A DNA stretch of 64,000 nucleotides, from positions 3,488,001 to 3,552,000 of the forward strand of contig OZ241889.1 of the NCBI GenBank assembly GCA_965203355.1. The letters are read 5' to 3'. The notes under the pieces were generated by a model that had not been told where the DNA came from, did not search any database, and saw nothing but the letters and a program-made list of their open reading frames with translations. This DNA comes from Candidatus Latescibacterota bacterium. Lineage in GTDB: Bacteria; Latescibacterota; UBA2968; UBA8231. Shown here piece after piece: positions 32,763 to 43,493 of the stretch. Position 1 is the stretch's first letter; each line of letters begins with the position of its first letter. A program made the translations under genes and the position numbers.

Positions 32763-33374
32763 ATGCACGTGGGAATAATCGGCGCGGATCGCCCTTGGGG
32801 TGCGCTGCTAGCGGCTGAGTTGGGTGCGGAGTTTGAAGTGATGGGGCTCGGCGCGGAAGACAGAAGCGATCTAGCAAACTATCGGCAGGTTGATTTGCTT
32901 CAGCGCGAGGCACTAGAGCCGGCGTTGACAGGCGTGCATGCCATCGTCCATGCGGTGAGCGGCGATCCGGCTGGCAACGACGACGGGGTCGTGCTCGATG
33001 TGGCAGCGCGCGGGACCTACGTGGCGCTGACGGCGGCCTGTGCTATCGGCATTGAGAAAGCCGTGCTGCTGAGCAGCCTCGATTTGCTGCGCGACTACCC
33101 GGAAGAATATATGGTTGATCCGCAGTGGAATGCTTTGCCACGGGCGGAAGCCGGGTCGTTAGCACCGCTTATGGCTGAATTGGTTGGTCGCGAGATCGCC
33201 CGCACGGGTCGAATCGAGGTGCGCTGTCTGCGCTTGGGTGCGCTGGGTGCGGAGACTACGACCGACGACACGGTGGCCGCTGTGCGCCAAGCCGTTACCG
33301 CCGAGCGCGAAGGGCATCACTGGTCGCTGGCGCACGTGGCGTCGAGCGGGCGTTTCGCCTTGAAGAGGACATGA
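32763..33374 (+). CDS. NAD-dependent epimerase/dehydratase-like protein (divergent)
   Basis: Degenerate Rossmann start; AAGGAG RBS before ATG 32763; coupled to the next gene. Confidence 0.65.
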   Translation: MHVGIIGADRPWGALLAAELGAEFEVMGLGAEDRSDLANYRQVDLLQREALEPALTGVHAIVHAVSGDPAGNDDGVVLDVAARGTYVALTAACAIGIEKAVLLSSLDLLRDYPEEYMVDPQWNALPRAEAGSLAPLMAELVGREIARTGRIEVRCLRLGALGAETTTDDTVAAVRQAVTAEREGHHWSLAHVASSGRFALKRT

Positions 33375-34174
33375 TGGCAACGGTGAACGAAGGCAAGGTG
33401 GTGTTGTTTGGGGCGGGTGGTCCAGTCGGCGCGGCCGCGATTGACGCGCTCAAAGGCCATTACACGTTGCGGGTGACCGATCGGCGGCCCATGGCAGAAG
33501 TGGCGGCCGCGCCGCCGCAAAGTCCCCGTGCGCCGGTCCCGGAGGTGTTGGGGCCACCGCACGAAAATCAGGTCGTCGATATTACCGACTACGCGCAAGT
33601 GCTGGCCGCCTGCGAGGGCATGGACGCGGCGATCAATGTATCCGTCGTCCGGCCGCATCCCGTGCTGGCCTTCCAAGTCAACATGGTTGGTGCGTACAAC
33701 GTGGCCAAAGCCTGCGTCGCCTGCGGCATAAAAAGGCTGATTCACACCGGGCCTTTTCACACTTCGCTGGATCACAACGCCGACTATTGGCACGACTTCC
33801 AAGTGGAAGCCGACATCCCACTGCATCCGGGCGACGATCTCTACGCCGTGAGCAAGTACTTAGGTGGACACATTACGCGCGTGTTTGCCGAGCGCGAGGG
33901 CTTGGAGGTGCTCGCCTTTGTCTACACGCATTTTCGGCCGCGGGAAATTTTGCCCGAAGAACGTGGGCAAGGAGTGGATCCGTACGCGACTTCGTGGGAG
34001 GATACTGGGGAAGCGTTCTTGTATGGGTTGCGGGCACCCGAGATGCCGTCGCCGTACGAAAATTTCTTTATCTGTGCGAAGCTGCCGCACGACAAGTACC
34101 GGCCCGACAAAGCCAAGCGGCTCTTGGGATGGGAAGCCCAGGATCGGTTTGAGGCGTTGTATACGCGGCCTTAG
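33371..34174 (+). CDS. NAD-dependent epimerase/dehydratase (uronate dehydrogenase-like)
   Basis: GAGGPVG, YAVSK, KAKRLLGW. Confidence 0.82.
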   Translation: MMATVNEGKVVLFGAGGPVGAAAIDALKGHYTLRVTDRRPMAEVAAAPPQSPRAPVPEVLGPPHENQVVDITDYAQVLAACEGMDAAINVSVVRPHPVLAFQVNMVGAYNVAKACVACGIKRLIHTGPFHTSLDHNADYWHDFQVEADIPLHPGDDLYAVSKYLGGHITRVFAEREGLEVLAFVYTHFRPREILPEERGQGVDPYATSWEDTGEAFLYGLRAPEMPSPYENFFICAKLPHDKYRPDKAKRLLGWEAQDRFEALYTRP

Positions 34175-34379
34175 ATTGAGTGCCGCCTTAACGGGAAACC
34201 GCGGCGGCCATACCTTGGGCACAGGCTGCTTGGATGGAGAAGTTTTATAGAAGTATTGACTACTAAAAATCTAACAAGGAGCCTTTTTTATTTTACGACA
34301 CTACGGAACAAGGCCCCTCGGTTTATGGACCAACGTCGAGTTGGGCTGATGCTCCTAAATTTTCAACAAAAGGAAAGTT

Positions 34380-35942
34380 TTGGTAGTAAATGAAGAGGTA
34401 GAACAACTCCATCCGCTAGACGACGAAGGGCACGAGAAACTATTCGGTTTAGATATCTATCTGACCCCAGTATTTACAATTTCCAGTATCACCATTGTCG
34501 TTTTTGTCACTGGGGCACTCGTCTTCCAAGAAGCCGCGACGGAAGTTTTTGGCAATACCCGCGAGTGGCTGACTGTAAATCTCGATTGGTTTTTTCTAAG
34601 TACTGCTAATCTTCTCCTACTGTTTTGTCTGTATGTGGCCTTCTCGCCACTCGGTAAGGTGCGACTCGGAGGGGCCAAGGCAAAACCCGAATACTCCAAC
34701 CCAACTTGGTTCGCCATGCTCTTTGCCGCTGGCGTGGCCATTGGTTTGTTGTTTTACGGCGCCGCCGAGCCGATCTACCACTTCCAAAGCCCACCGCTTG
34801 GTCTTCCCGCCGGAACAGAAGAAGCCGCGGCCGTCGGGATAGCGACAACCGTTTTTCACTGGGGGTTGCACGCTTGGAGCATGTACGGCGTCGTTGGACT
34901 CGCCCTCGCGTACTTCGCCTATAATCGCGGATTGCCGCTCACCATTCGCTCGGCGTTCTATCCCTTGTTCGGCGACCGCATCTGGGGCTGGCCCGGCCAT
35001 ATCATCGATACATTTGCCATCTTCGCCGGTTTGTTCGGGCTTGCGACTTCGCTCGGCTTTGGCGTTAAACAGCTCGCCTCCGGGCTGCATTATTTGTTCG
35101 ATGTTCCGGCCAACAATACCACCATGGTAGTGCTGATTGTCGCGATTACGTTCTTCGCGCTGAGCTCGGTGCTGACGGGTCTCAATGTCGGCATCAAACG
35201 CCTTAGCCAATTCAATATCATTCTCGCGCTTTTGTTGCTGTTATTGGTTTTTGTGCTTGGGCCGACGGGCTACATTTTCCGCGGTATGTTCGCCGCGTTT
35301 GGTAGCTATTTCGCCAATGTTGTGTCGCTTAGCAATTGGATTGGGCGCGAGGACGCGGGTTTCCTGTACGGCTGGACGACTTTTTACTGGGCATGGTGGC
35401 TTGCGTGGGCGCCTTTTGTCGGCATGTTCATCGCCCGCATTTCCAAGGGCCGCACCGTGCGCGAATTTACGCTCTTTGTCCTCATCCCGCCGGTGGTGTT
35501 GTGCTTTCTGTGGTTTGGCACTTTTGGCGGCACGGCCCTCCATCAGCACCTCGTTGAGGGCTATTCGGGTGTAACCGAGAATGTTGCGGCGGGGAAGGAA
35601 GAAATCGCCTTGTTCAAGATGTTCGACCAACTCCCGCTGACCGGGTTGCTGTCATTGATGGCGCTCCTGTTGCTCGTCGTATTTTTTGTTACCTCGTCGG
35701 ACTCCGGCTCGTTGATCGTCGATACCATTGCAGCCGGTGGCAAAGTGGACGCCCCGGTAGCGCAGCGGGTCTTTTGGTGTGTGATTGAGGGGTTAGTCGC
35801 TATAACCCTCTTACTTGGCGGCGGGCTGAATTCGCTGCGGGCGGCCTCGATCGCGACTGGCTTCCCGTTTGCCCTGATCGTCTTGGGCATGGCCGTCTGC
35901 GTCTGGATAGGGCTGCGCCGCGAAGTGCGTGCTGTGCCCTGA
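34380..35942 (+). CDS. BCCT family (betaine/choline/carnitine) transporter
   Basis: WFAMLFAAG, HWGLHAW, WTTFYWAWWLAWAPFVG.FIARISKGRT. Confidence 0.94.
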   Translation: MVVNEEVEQLHPLDDEGHEKLFGLDIYLTPVFTISSITIVVFVTGALVFQEAATEVFGNTREWLTVNLDWFFLSTANLLLLFCLYVAFSPLGKVRLGGAKAKPEYSNPTWFAMLFAAGVAIGLLFYGAAEPIYHFQSPPLGLPAGTEEAAAVGIATTVFHWGLHAWSMYGVVGLALAYFAYNRGLPLTIRSAFYPLFGDRIWGWPGHIIDTFAIFAGLFGLATSLGFGVKQLASGLHYLFDVPANNTTMVVLIVAITFFALSSVLTGLNVGIKRLSQFNIILALLLLLLVFVLGPTGYIFRGMFAAFGSYFANVVSLSNWIGREDAGFLYGWTTFYWAWWLAWAPFVGMFIARISKGRTVREFTLFVLIPPVVLCFLWFGTFGGTALHQHLVEGYSGVTENVAAGKEEIALFKMFDQLPLTGLLSLMALLLLVVFFVTSSDSGSLIVDTIAAGGKVDAPVAQRVFWCVIEGLVAITLLLGGGLNSLRAASIATGFPFALIVLGMAVCVWIGLRREVRAVP

Positions 35943-36009
35943 ATGCTGACGGAGCAAATGTTACAAATTAGCAGATTAAATACACCCAATCTCAAATGAA
36001 GGATATCCT

Positions 36010-38556
36010 GTGATGAAACTTTTGTATAGGTGCGTCTTGGTGCTAGTCGCCGCTTTGGTTTGGGCTGTGCCGGCTTGGACGCAAGCGACAGGTACTGTCG
36101 TCGTCACCGTAGTTGACGACGACAGCGGTCAGGTGTTGGAGGCGGCCTTGGTCCATATCCCGGCCTTGGACCTAGGCGGAATGTCGGACGCACAGGGCCA
36201 GTTTACCATGACCGACGTGCCGGTGGGCGAGCACGCGTTGCGCGCCGAACAGATCGGCTACTCGCCAGCGACCACCCCGGTTGTGGTAGAGGCCGGACAA
36301 ACCGCGACCGTCGAGTTGCGGATAAAACCCGCTGCGCTGCTTCTCGAAGAGTTGGCGGTGACCGGCACGGCTGTTAAGAACTCTCCGGTCAGTTCGACCT
36401 ACGCCGTTGCGGTGACGGGGCGGGACGAGATGGCCGAACAAGGGGCGCCCCAGCCGGTTGATTTCTTCAAAAATTTGAGTGCCAGTCACGGGGTGATCGG
36501 CGAGCGCAGCAGTTGGTACAATGCCAACCAAGCCGCCACTCTTTCCGAGAGCATTGCCAATGTCAATCTGCGCGGTCTGGGTGCTTCGCGGACGCTGGTG
36601 TTGATCAACAGCCGCCGCCAAACCTACGTCCCGGCGCGCTTGATCGGCGGGCGCTTCGTCGATGTAAATGCCATTCCCGCCATCGCCGTGGACCGGGTCG
36701 AGGTGCTCAAAGAAGGGGCCGCGGCTATCTATGGTTCGGATGCGGTCGCCGGGGTCGCTAATTTCTTGACCCGCTCCGACTTTGAGGGTTTTGAGGTTTC
36801 GGGAGCGCATGAATATATCGCTGGCGCGGGCGATTCCAACGTCGGCGCGATCTGGGGTGGAAAAATCGGCGCGGCTCATGCGATCGTCGCTGGGGAATGG
36901 CGGGGACGGCAGGCGCTACCTGTTTCTGAGCGGGACTATTTGCTACAGCCGTGGCATGGCGGCGGGCAGCGCCTGGGTTGGTCGAGCTTGGGCAACCCGG
37001 GCACCTTCGCCGTTGGTGCTCCGGCTCCGTGGACCGCTGCCATTCACGCTCCGCGTTGCGAGCAGTTTGGCGGTTTCCGGGAATCTTGGACCTGCCGCTT
37101 CCGCTATCAGCAGTACGAGAATCTAATTGAGGACATGAGCCATGTACGCGCTTTTGCCGAGATCAATGGCGAATTGGGCAATGGCACGGAGTATCACTTA
37201 GAGGGGCTGTTGGCCCAAGCTGAGATCCCCGAATGGTACACGACCCCTTCGTATCCGCCTTTTCCCTTGACCGATACGAGTATCATGGAAGTCGCGCCCA
37301 ACCATCCGGGCCGGCAGGCATTCTGTGCGGACTACGGCGCTGAAGAAGGCGACCTGTACTACCGCGAATGCCAAGGCGAAGAGAACTGGTATTTCAACGG
37401 TCGCCCGTTTGGCAACTCGGGGCCCGGGCGCATACTGGGCCGGGACTCTCGCACTTTGCGCTTTGCCGTTTCCGCCCATGGTGACTTTTCGTCGTTTGGC
37501 GGTCGAGAGACTCATTTTGACCTAGGGCTGTCCTATTCTCGCACGGAGGGTAACTACAATCTGCCGGGTGTGTACATCGAGCGGCTGTTTCTTGGCTTCC
37601 GCGGGTTTGGCGGCCCGGATTGTGGTGTCGGCGTGGAGGCCGATAACACGTCTCTTGCTGGGATGCGGCTCGGTCCACGCAACGGCCAAGTGGCGGGTCA
37701 GGGCGACTGCCAGTACTACAATCCCTTTGGCAATGCCATTGAGTTCGCGGAGCAAATCGGCGCGAATTTTGCGACCCAAGCGAATCCCGATTACCGCCCC
37801 GAGCTTGCCAACAGTTCCGAGCTGCGGCACTGGCTCAATCAGGAAGTTGATATGCAGAGCACCGCGGATATGCTGGTGGCCGATGCGACTCTGACGGGAA
37901 CGTGGATCGAAAACGTCGCTAGCTACGCGGCCGGCTACCAGTTCCGTTTGCTCAATGCCAGCGGCGAGCCCAACGACGAGGGCGACGTGACCATCAATCC
38001 TTGTCCGGTGGTAGGCGATGCGAACTGCTCAGCCGAGGATATGTTCGGGCCTTATGCGTTTACCAATGTCCACCGGCCCTATGATGAATCGCAGACAGTG
38101 CATCGCTTCTTTGCCGAGATTCCCCTGAGCTTGGGCTCGCGCTTTGATACCCAACTGGCCGCCAACTACGAGTTCCACGACGTGGCGAGCAGTTTCGATC
38201 CCAAGTTTGGCTGGCGCTATCAGCTAGTGGAATCGCCGACTCAATCCTTGTTTCTGCGCGGCTCGGTGCAGACGACGTTTCGCACGCCATCGCTGGACGA
38301 CGTAAATGAAAGTCCGCTGACAACGCTGGAGTGGATCAATGAAACGGGTGCCTACCAAACGGTGGACCGATTTGGCAGCAAGGACCTCAAACCCGAACAG
38401 GCTTTCACTTATAACGCGGGATTTGTCTTGGTCTCGGAGGCGGGTTTTGATGCGACACTCGACTACTGGGGCTACGATTTCAAGGATGTCATCGGCTCCA
38501 TGCCGCACGGGGCTATTACCGCCTTAGAAGCCTTTTTAAAATTCACTTTTAGTTGA
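36010..38556 (+). pseudogene. TonB-dependent receptor with N-terminal carboxypeptidase-regulatory-like domain, 3'-truncated at an IS5 element
   Basis: Signal peptide; plug motifs NLRGLG..RTLVLIN and RVEVLKEGAAAIYGSDAVAGV; native sequence ends at 38526 and the last 9 aa are IS-encoded. Confidence 0.87.
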
Positions 38557-39454
38557 TTTTCCCTTGAAAGGACGTACCCATGAACCGACCTTTAGGTTTC
38601 ATCACAAAGCCTGAAAGGGGGGTTATATATGGGTACGCCCGGTGTAGAATATGCGACGGATTTGACCGATGCACAATGGCTGTTACTTGCTCGTCTGCTG
38701 CCTCGGGGCCGTTGGCGTCAAGGGGGTCCGGGTCGGCCACCTCGGGCGGTGCGTTTGGTGATGAATGGTCTACTGTATCGGGCTAAAACCGGGTGTCCTT
38801 GGCCGATGCTGCCGCGGTGTTTTGGGCCTTGGCAAACGGTGTATGGCTACTTCAATCGCTGGCGTCAACAAGGGGTTTGGCCACAGATACTCGACGCCCT
38901 AACCAGGCAGGATCGCATCCAGCACGGCCGGGCACCGACCCCGTCGGCGGGGATCGTGGACGCGCAGAGCGTTACCACGGCCACCCAAGGTAAAAGTGTT
39001 GGATACGATGCCGGCAAGAAGGTTAAAGGACGCAAACGCCATCTGTTGGTCGACACCGAGGGTCGTCTGATTGAGTGTGTGGTGACCGCTGCTTCGACCT
39101 CGGATGCCGACGGCTTGAAGACCTTGTTGAAAACCTACTTTTCACCCACGGTACAAAGGTTACGCAAGCTGTGGGTGGATGGAGCCTATAAAGGCGCGCC
39201 GCTTAGGCAATGGGTGGCTCAAAAAAAAAACGCACAAAATAGACCTTGAAGTCGTATCCAGACAAGGCTCCGGCTTTGAGGTGCTCCCTCGTCGTTGGGT
39301 CGTCGAACGAACGTTTGCTTGGCTACTCAACTATCGAGTCCATGCCAAAGACTACGAGCACCTAACTTGCAATAGTGAAGCCTTTATCCAAATCGCGATG
39401 ATCCATTTGATACTCAAGCGAATCGCTAAAAAAAATGAATTTTAAAAACGCTTC
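38527..39454 (+). mobile_element. IS5-family insertion sequence (IS1031-like), 928 bp
   Basis: Terminal IRs GAAGC(C/G)TTTTTAAAATTCA(C/T)TTTT, 22/24 match; TTA on both flanks (38524-38526, 39455-39457). Confidence 0.92.
38629..39445 (+). pseudogene. IS5-family DDE transposase, frameshifted at an A10 run (39221-39230)
   Basis: YATDLTDAQW, DAQS, GYDAGKKVKGRKRH in ORF1; [10 protein letters not shown] in the +1 frame; removing one A gives a single 271-aa protein. Confidence 0.88.
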
Positions 39455-39509
39455 TTAATGTTCCCGCCATGCGCCTTCTCGCCCTCTTTCATTTTTGAAA
39501 TCGCTGGAC

Positions 39510-39567
39510 ACGTACACACAAAAGCGGCGTCTGTATTTTGGCACAGGCACCGCTTTTGTGTGTACGT
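39510..39567. terminator. Long hairpin (25-bp arms, 23/25 paired, 8-nt loop); probable original terminator/stabiliser of the minus-strand ABC operon
   Basis: ACGTACACACAAAAGCGGCGTCTGT ... ACAGGCACCGCTTTTGTGTGTACGT; no clear U-tract. Confidence 0.5.
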
Positions 39568-39593
39568 ACGAGGCAGTCAAGGCCAAGTGCCGT

Positions 39594-39651
39594 GTGTTGT
39601 GCCAGTAGGCACGTTGATACACGGATTTTCCGCTGACGGCCAGTTCTGCCA
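39594..39651 (-). repeat. Decayed direct copy of the 3' part of the ABC substrate-binding protein gene (partner 40733-40791)
   Basis: 55/59 identity (3 substitutions, 1 deletion). Confidence 0.92.
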
Positions 39652-39692
39652 GTTTGTCGGAACGCCATAACGCACACGGCTGTAATCATCAA

Positions 39693-40688
39693 TCAAAGCC
39701 GTTGACAAATGACGATGTTTTCCTCTTGCATTGTGGCAGCCTTCTTACCCACAATATTGGATGGACTATTCTGTTGGGGCATGCGTTTGTTAGGTATATT
39801 CCTAACGATGGTTTCCCGATGAGAAAATCCATGTTGAGCGAAGGCAAAAACAACAAACTCATCTGTCGGCAGGATGACATCTTTAACGCGGCGATTACCA
39901 ACCACATAGCAAATCGTTGCATGTTTTGCAAGCAGCGGCGCAATGCAATCTATACTGTGCTCTAAATCAATGTAAAATGCCTCGACTTGGATAGCGCGTT
40001 TTTCATCCACGGCACGGATTTTTCCAATCGCTTCCGCAACGGGAGACGCACACAATTTTCTTTCTTTCTTTTTGCCGCCCATTGATATTCGGTCAACTTT
40101 ACGCGAATCCAGCAAGCCGATCCAGTCAGCCGATAAACGCGAAAACTGACCATACGCAACTGTTGTTTGTGAGTCGCCATACGGCGGAGATGTGATGACC
40201 AAATCGAATCCTCTCAACGGTTGTCTTTCGGGCAACTCGCCATTTGCGGTATTCTTACCCGAGACAAATATATCGACATTTTTTCTTTTATTTAGATAAC
40301 TTCCAAAACCCGACCGATTGCGGCTTAGCTTGCTCTGCAAAATACCGAAAACATCCGGCTTGAAGTTTTCCATTTTCTGAGACGATATTCTGTTCAATTT
40401 GAACTCGCTATTCTTCGTGTAGGAACATTCCCGAACTGTCTCTGAAAATGCGACCCAAAAGAAATTGCGAACTCCCTCATCTTCTATGGCGTAAATGTAT
40501 GAACGAAGAAAAGATAGGTACGTCGTAACATCTTTAGAGAACCAATAGTCCAAGTTTAGGACATCAGGAACTGATGTATAAGGTATTTGATCAGAGAAAC
40601 CAACCTTAAAAATAGTGTTATCTAAATCCCGCAAATGAAAATCGAGGATTTGTAGGGAAATCGGCGAGGTCTTAGCTATTGCGACCAG
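39693..40688 (-). pseudogene. 5'-truncated N4-cytosine (SPPY-type) DNA methyltransferase
   Basis: DLVITSPPYGDSQTTVAYGQFSRLS, VVGNRRV, RNIPNKRMP; AT-rich; no motif I or start codon; begins immediately after the SBP stop. Confidence 0.8.
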
Positions 40689-40689
40689 A

Positions 40690-42420
40690 CTACCCCGCCA
40701 CCGGCTCCAGCCCGAGCAACACCAACAGCCACGTGTTGTGCCAGTAGGCACTGTTGATATACGGGTTTTCCGCTGACGGCCAATTCTGCCAATAGGTCTG
40801 GTTGTGCGGGATGCGGTGATACCACTGAACAATGGGGATGGCGGGCAACTCGGCCAGCCAGATTTCCATGGCCTGGCGGAAGAGCGTTTGCAGCACCGGG
40901 TCGTCGGGCGCAGTCTGCCCCATCTGATCGACCAGTGCGTCAAACTCTGGATTCGACCAGCGCCAGAACCGCTCAGAATGCGTACCGGTGGGCCGGACGA
41001 AACGACTGTGGTAGAGCCGCAAGGTGAAATACGGATCGCGTACGCTCGCGCCATTGCCCATCAAGAAGGCCCGCGCCGAACCCTGCGCCATGCGCGAAAA
41101 CGCATCGGGCGTCATGCGGAAGTCAGCGTCGAAACCTGCGCGTTCCAACTGCGCCACCAAAACCGGCGTTAAGTCGGTAAAGATGTCGAAAATGTCAATG
41201 ACGATCTTGAGCCGCTCGCCCTCTTTGGTCCAGAAACCCTCGGCGTCCTTGCTCCACCCCTTGCGCTCCATAATCGCCGCGGCTTTGGCCGGATCGTGGA
41301 CGCCGATCTCGTACTTTTCCACCAAGTCTTGAATCGCGTCGGTGTATTGGCGAATGGGCGGGAAGTCCGGCAGCGGCAGATGCGATTTGGTCCCCGCTCC
41401 CTGCCAGCCAATGGCCACCAATTGGTCGCGGTCAATGGCGTAGTTAATGGCGCGGCGGATCGCCGGGTCGTTAAATGGCGGCTCCAAGTTGTTGAATCCC
41501 AAGCTCACCGGCCACCAATCGAGATACCCGAGCGGCAACGCGCGCCCGGTCCACGTGGAGACGTTGGGATTGGCGTCGAGAATCGACTGGATGTTCGGCG
41601 GTCGGATGTCGAGGCAGGTGTCCATGGCGTTGGAGATCAAGTTCTGCACCCGCTTGGTCTCCTCCATGTGCGTCAGATAGATGATGCGCTCCACCGCCGG
41701 GGGCTGGTGAAAGCCCGTCTTCTGCGCCCACCAACCCGGGCGCAAATCCCACACCCGTTGTTCGGGCACGGAAATGAAAATTTCGTACGGGCCGCTGGCC
41801 ACCGGCCAGCCTTTTTCCGGGTCGAAGTTGCTAAACGTCTGTGGGTCTTGGCCCTGCCAAATGTGCTTGGGCACGATGGGGATGCCGTTGTCGAAATTGT
41901 TGGTGAAGTAGCTGAATACAAAGCGCGGATTGGGCTTGGTCAGCGCGATTGTGGCCGTGTGGTCGTGGGTAGCTACGGCGCTTTTTACCCACGTCTGCAT
42001 GTCGGTGGAAAAAGACAGATGCGGCGCGTGGTCCTTGAGCATGTTGATCGTAAAAACCAAGTCGTGCGCCGTCCACGGCTGCCCATCGCTCCACTCAACC
42101 CCCTCGCGGATGTGAATGGTGACCGCGGTGTAATCGTCGTTGTACTCGTGCCCAGTGGCAATCCAAGGAATGATGTTGTCGGCGTGTGGGCTGTAGGCGT
42201 TGTAGAAATACAGGGGCTCGTACTGGAAGTTCCAACCCGTCTTGGAGACGCCGGTCAGCAAAAACGGATTAAACGAGTTGTAGTCCTTGATCTGGCCGCT
42301 ACAGTCCTGCAAACTGGAACAATCCATGACCAAGGTGCGATTCCGAGGCACATTCTTGTGCCCTTCGCCGCTGCAACCGACCCATAGTACACTCACTAGG
42401 CACAACAACAGAACCTGCAT
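40690..42420 (-). CDS. Peptide/oligosaccharide ABC transporter substrate-binding lipoprotein (family 5)
   Basis: Lipobox WVGC, WSDGQPWTAHD, DPAIRRAINYAIDR. Confidence 0.92.
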   Translation of the reverse strand: MQVLLLCLVSVLWVGCSGEGHKNVPRNRTLVMDCSSLQDCSGQIKDYNSFNPFLLTGVSKTGWNFQYEPLYFYNAYSPHADNIIPWIATGHEYNDDYTAVTIHIREGVEWSDGQPWTAHDLVFTINMLKDHAPHLSFSTDMQTWVKSAVATHDHTATIALTKPNPRFVFSYFTNNFDNGIPIVPKHIWQGQDPQTFSNFDPEKGWPVASGPYEIFISVPEQRVWDLRPGWWAQKTGFHQPPAVERIIYLTHMEETKRVQNLISNAMDTCLDIRPPNIQSILDANPNVSTWTGRALPLGYLDWWPVSLGFNNLEPPFNDPAIRRAINYAIDRDQLVAIGWQGAGTKSHLPLPDFPPIRQYTDAIQDLVEKYEIGVHDPAKAAAIMERKGWSKDAEGFWTKEGERLKIVIDIFDIFTDLTPVLVAQLERAGFDADFRMTPDAFSRMAQGSARAFLMGNGASVRDPYFTLRLYHSRFVRPTGTHSERFWRWSNPEFDALVDQMGQTAPDDPVLQTLFRQAMEIWLAELPAIPIVQWYHRIPHNQTYWQNWPSAENPYINSAYWHNTWLLVLLGLEPVAG

Positions 42421-42437
42421 GACATTTCTCCGGTACG

Positions 42438-43493
42438 TTATTTTTGCGCGGCGGCGGTGGCCGAAAACACTTCGTTTAGATCGCCGCTTTCCAACACCGG
42501 CGACTCCGCGTGCAGAAAACAAGCCACCGCCCGCTCGGCCTCCGGTCGGTAAAACGGCGGCGCAACCGCACACTGCGCCATGGCTTGAGGACAGCGCCGC
42601 ACATAGCGGCAGCCAGTAGCCATCTCTTCGGCTTCCATATCCTCTATATCGACTACTTCCTTTTCTTCGACCGCTTCGTCGATCCACGCACGCCCCGGCT
42701 CGGGCACGGGAATCGAGTGAATCAACTCGCGCGTATAGGGATGCTGTGGATTCTTGATCACGTTCTCGGTGCGGCCGGCCTCGGCCACGGCCCCGTGAAA
42801 CAGGATGACGATGTTCTCGCTGACTTGATAGGCGGTCGTCAGATCGTGCGTGATGTAGATAAAGGAAATGCCAAAGTTGCTATACAGCGCGTGCAGGGTG
42901 GCGAGAATGGTGGCGCGGAGCGAAGCATCGACCATGGACACCGGCTCGTCGGCGATGATCAGCTTGGGCTCGAGCAAGAGCGCACGCGCAATGGTGATGC
43001 GCTGCCGCTGCCCGCCCGAAAGCTGGTGCGGGTAGCGGCCCAACGTCTCTTCGGGCCGCAGCCCCACCGCCCGCAGTGCCTCGCGTATCTTGTCGTACGC
43101 CTCGGCCTTGGACGCCGCCAATCCAAACTTCCGCACCGGCGTCGTCAAGATGTGATCGATCTTGTAAAAGGGATTGTACACCTCAAAGGGATCTTGAAAG
43201 ATCGCCTGTACGTCCTTGCGGAATTGCCGCTGCTTCGCCTTTTGCAGGTCGTGGACATCGCGGCCTTGGTAGCGCACCTCGCCCGCACTGGGGACGAGCA
43301 CCCCGAGCAACATGCGGGCGATGGTGGTCTTGCCGCTGCCGGACTCGCCGGCAATCGTGGTAAAGGAGGGCCGATCCGCGTCAATCGACAGGGAAAAATC
43401 GTCGACCGCTACCGTCTCGGTACTAGGACCGAAGCGCTGGCCGCCGCCGCGGAAAACCTTGCGCAAATGGCGCGCCTCAAGAAGCGGGGGCAT
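42438..43493 (-). CDS. ABC transporter ATPase (OppF-like)
   Basis: GESGSGKT, LSGGQRQR, DEPVSMVD. Confidence 0.92.
   Translation of the reverse strand: MPPLLEARHLRKVFRGGGQRFGPSTETVAVDDFSLSIDADRPSFTTIAGESGSGKTTIARMLLGVLVPSAGEVRYQGRDVHDLQKAKQRQFRKDVQAIFQDPFEVYNPFYKIDHILTTPVRKFGLAASKAEAYDKIREALRAVGLRPEETLGRYPHQLSGGQRQRITIARALLLEPKLIIADEPVSMVDASLRATILATLHALYSNFGISFIYITHDLTTAYQVSENIVILFHGAVAEAGRTENVIKNPQHPYTRELIHSIPVPEPGRAWIDEAVEEKEVVDIEDMEAEEMATGCRYVRRCPQAMAQCAVAPPFYRPEAERAVACFLHAESPVLESGDLNEVFSATAAAQK

Noticed and set aside
40689-41054. 5' part of the 453-aa ORF 39693..41054 as the MTase N-terminus
   Set aside because: Alternative frame of the SBP gene with no methyltransferase motifs
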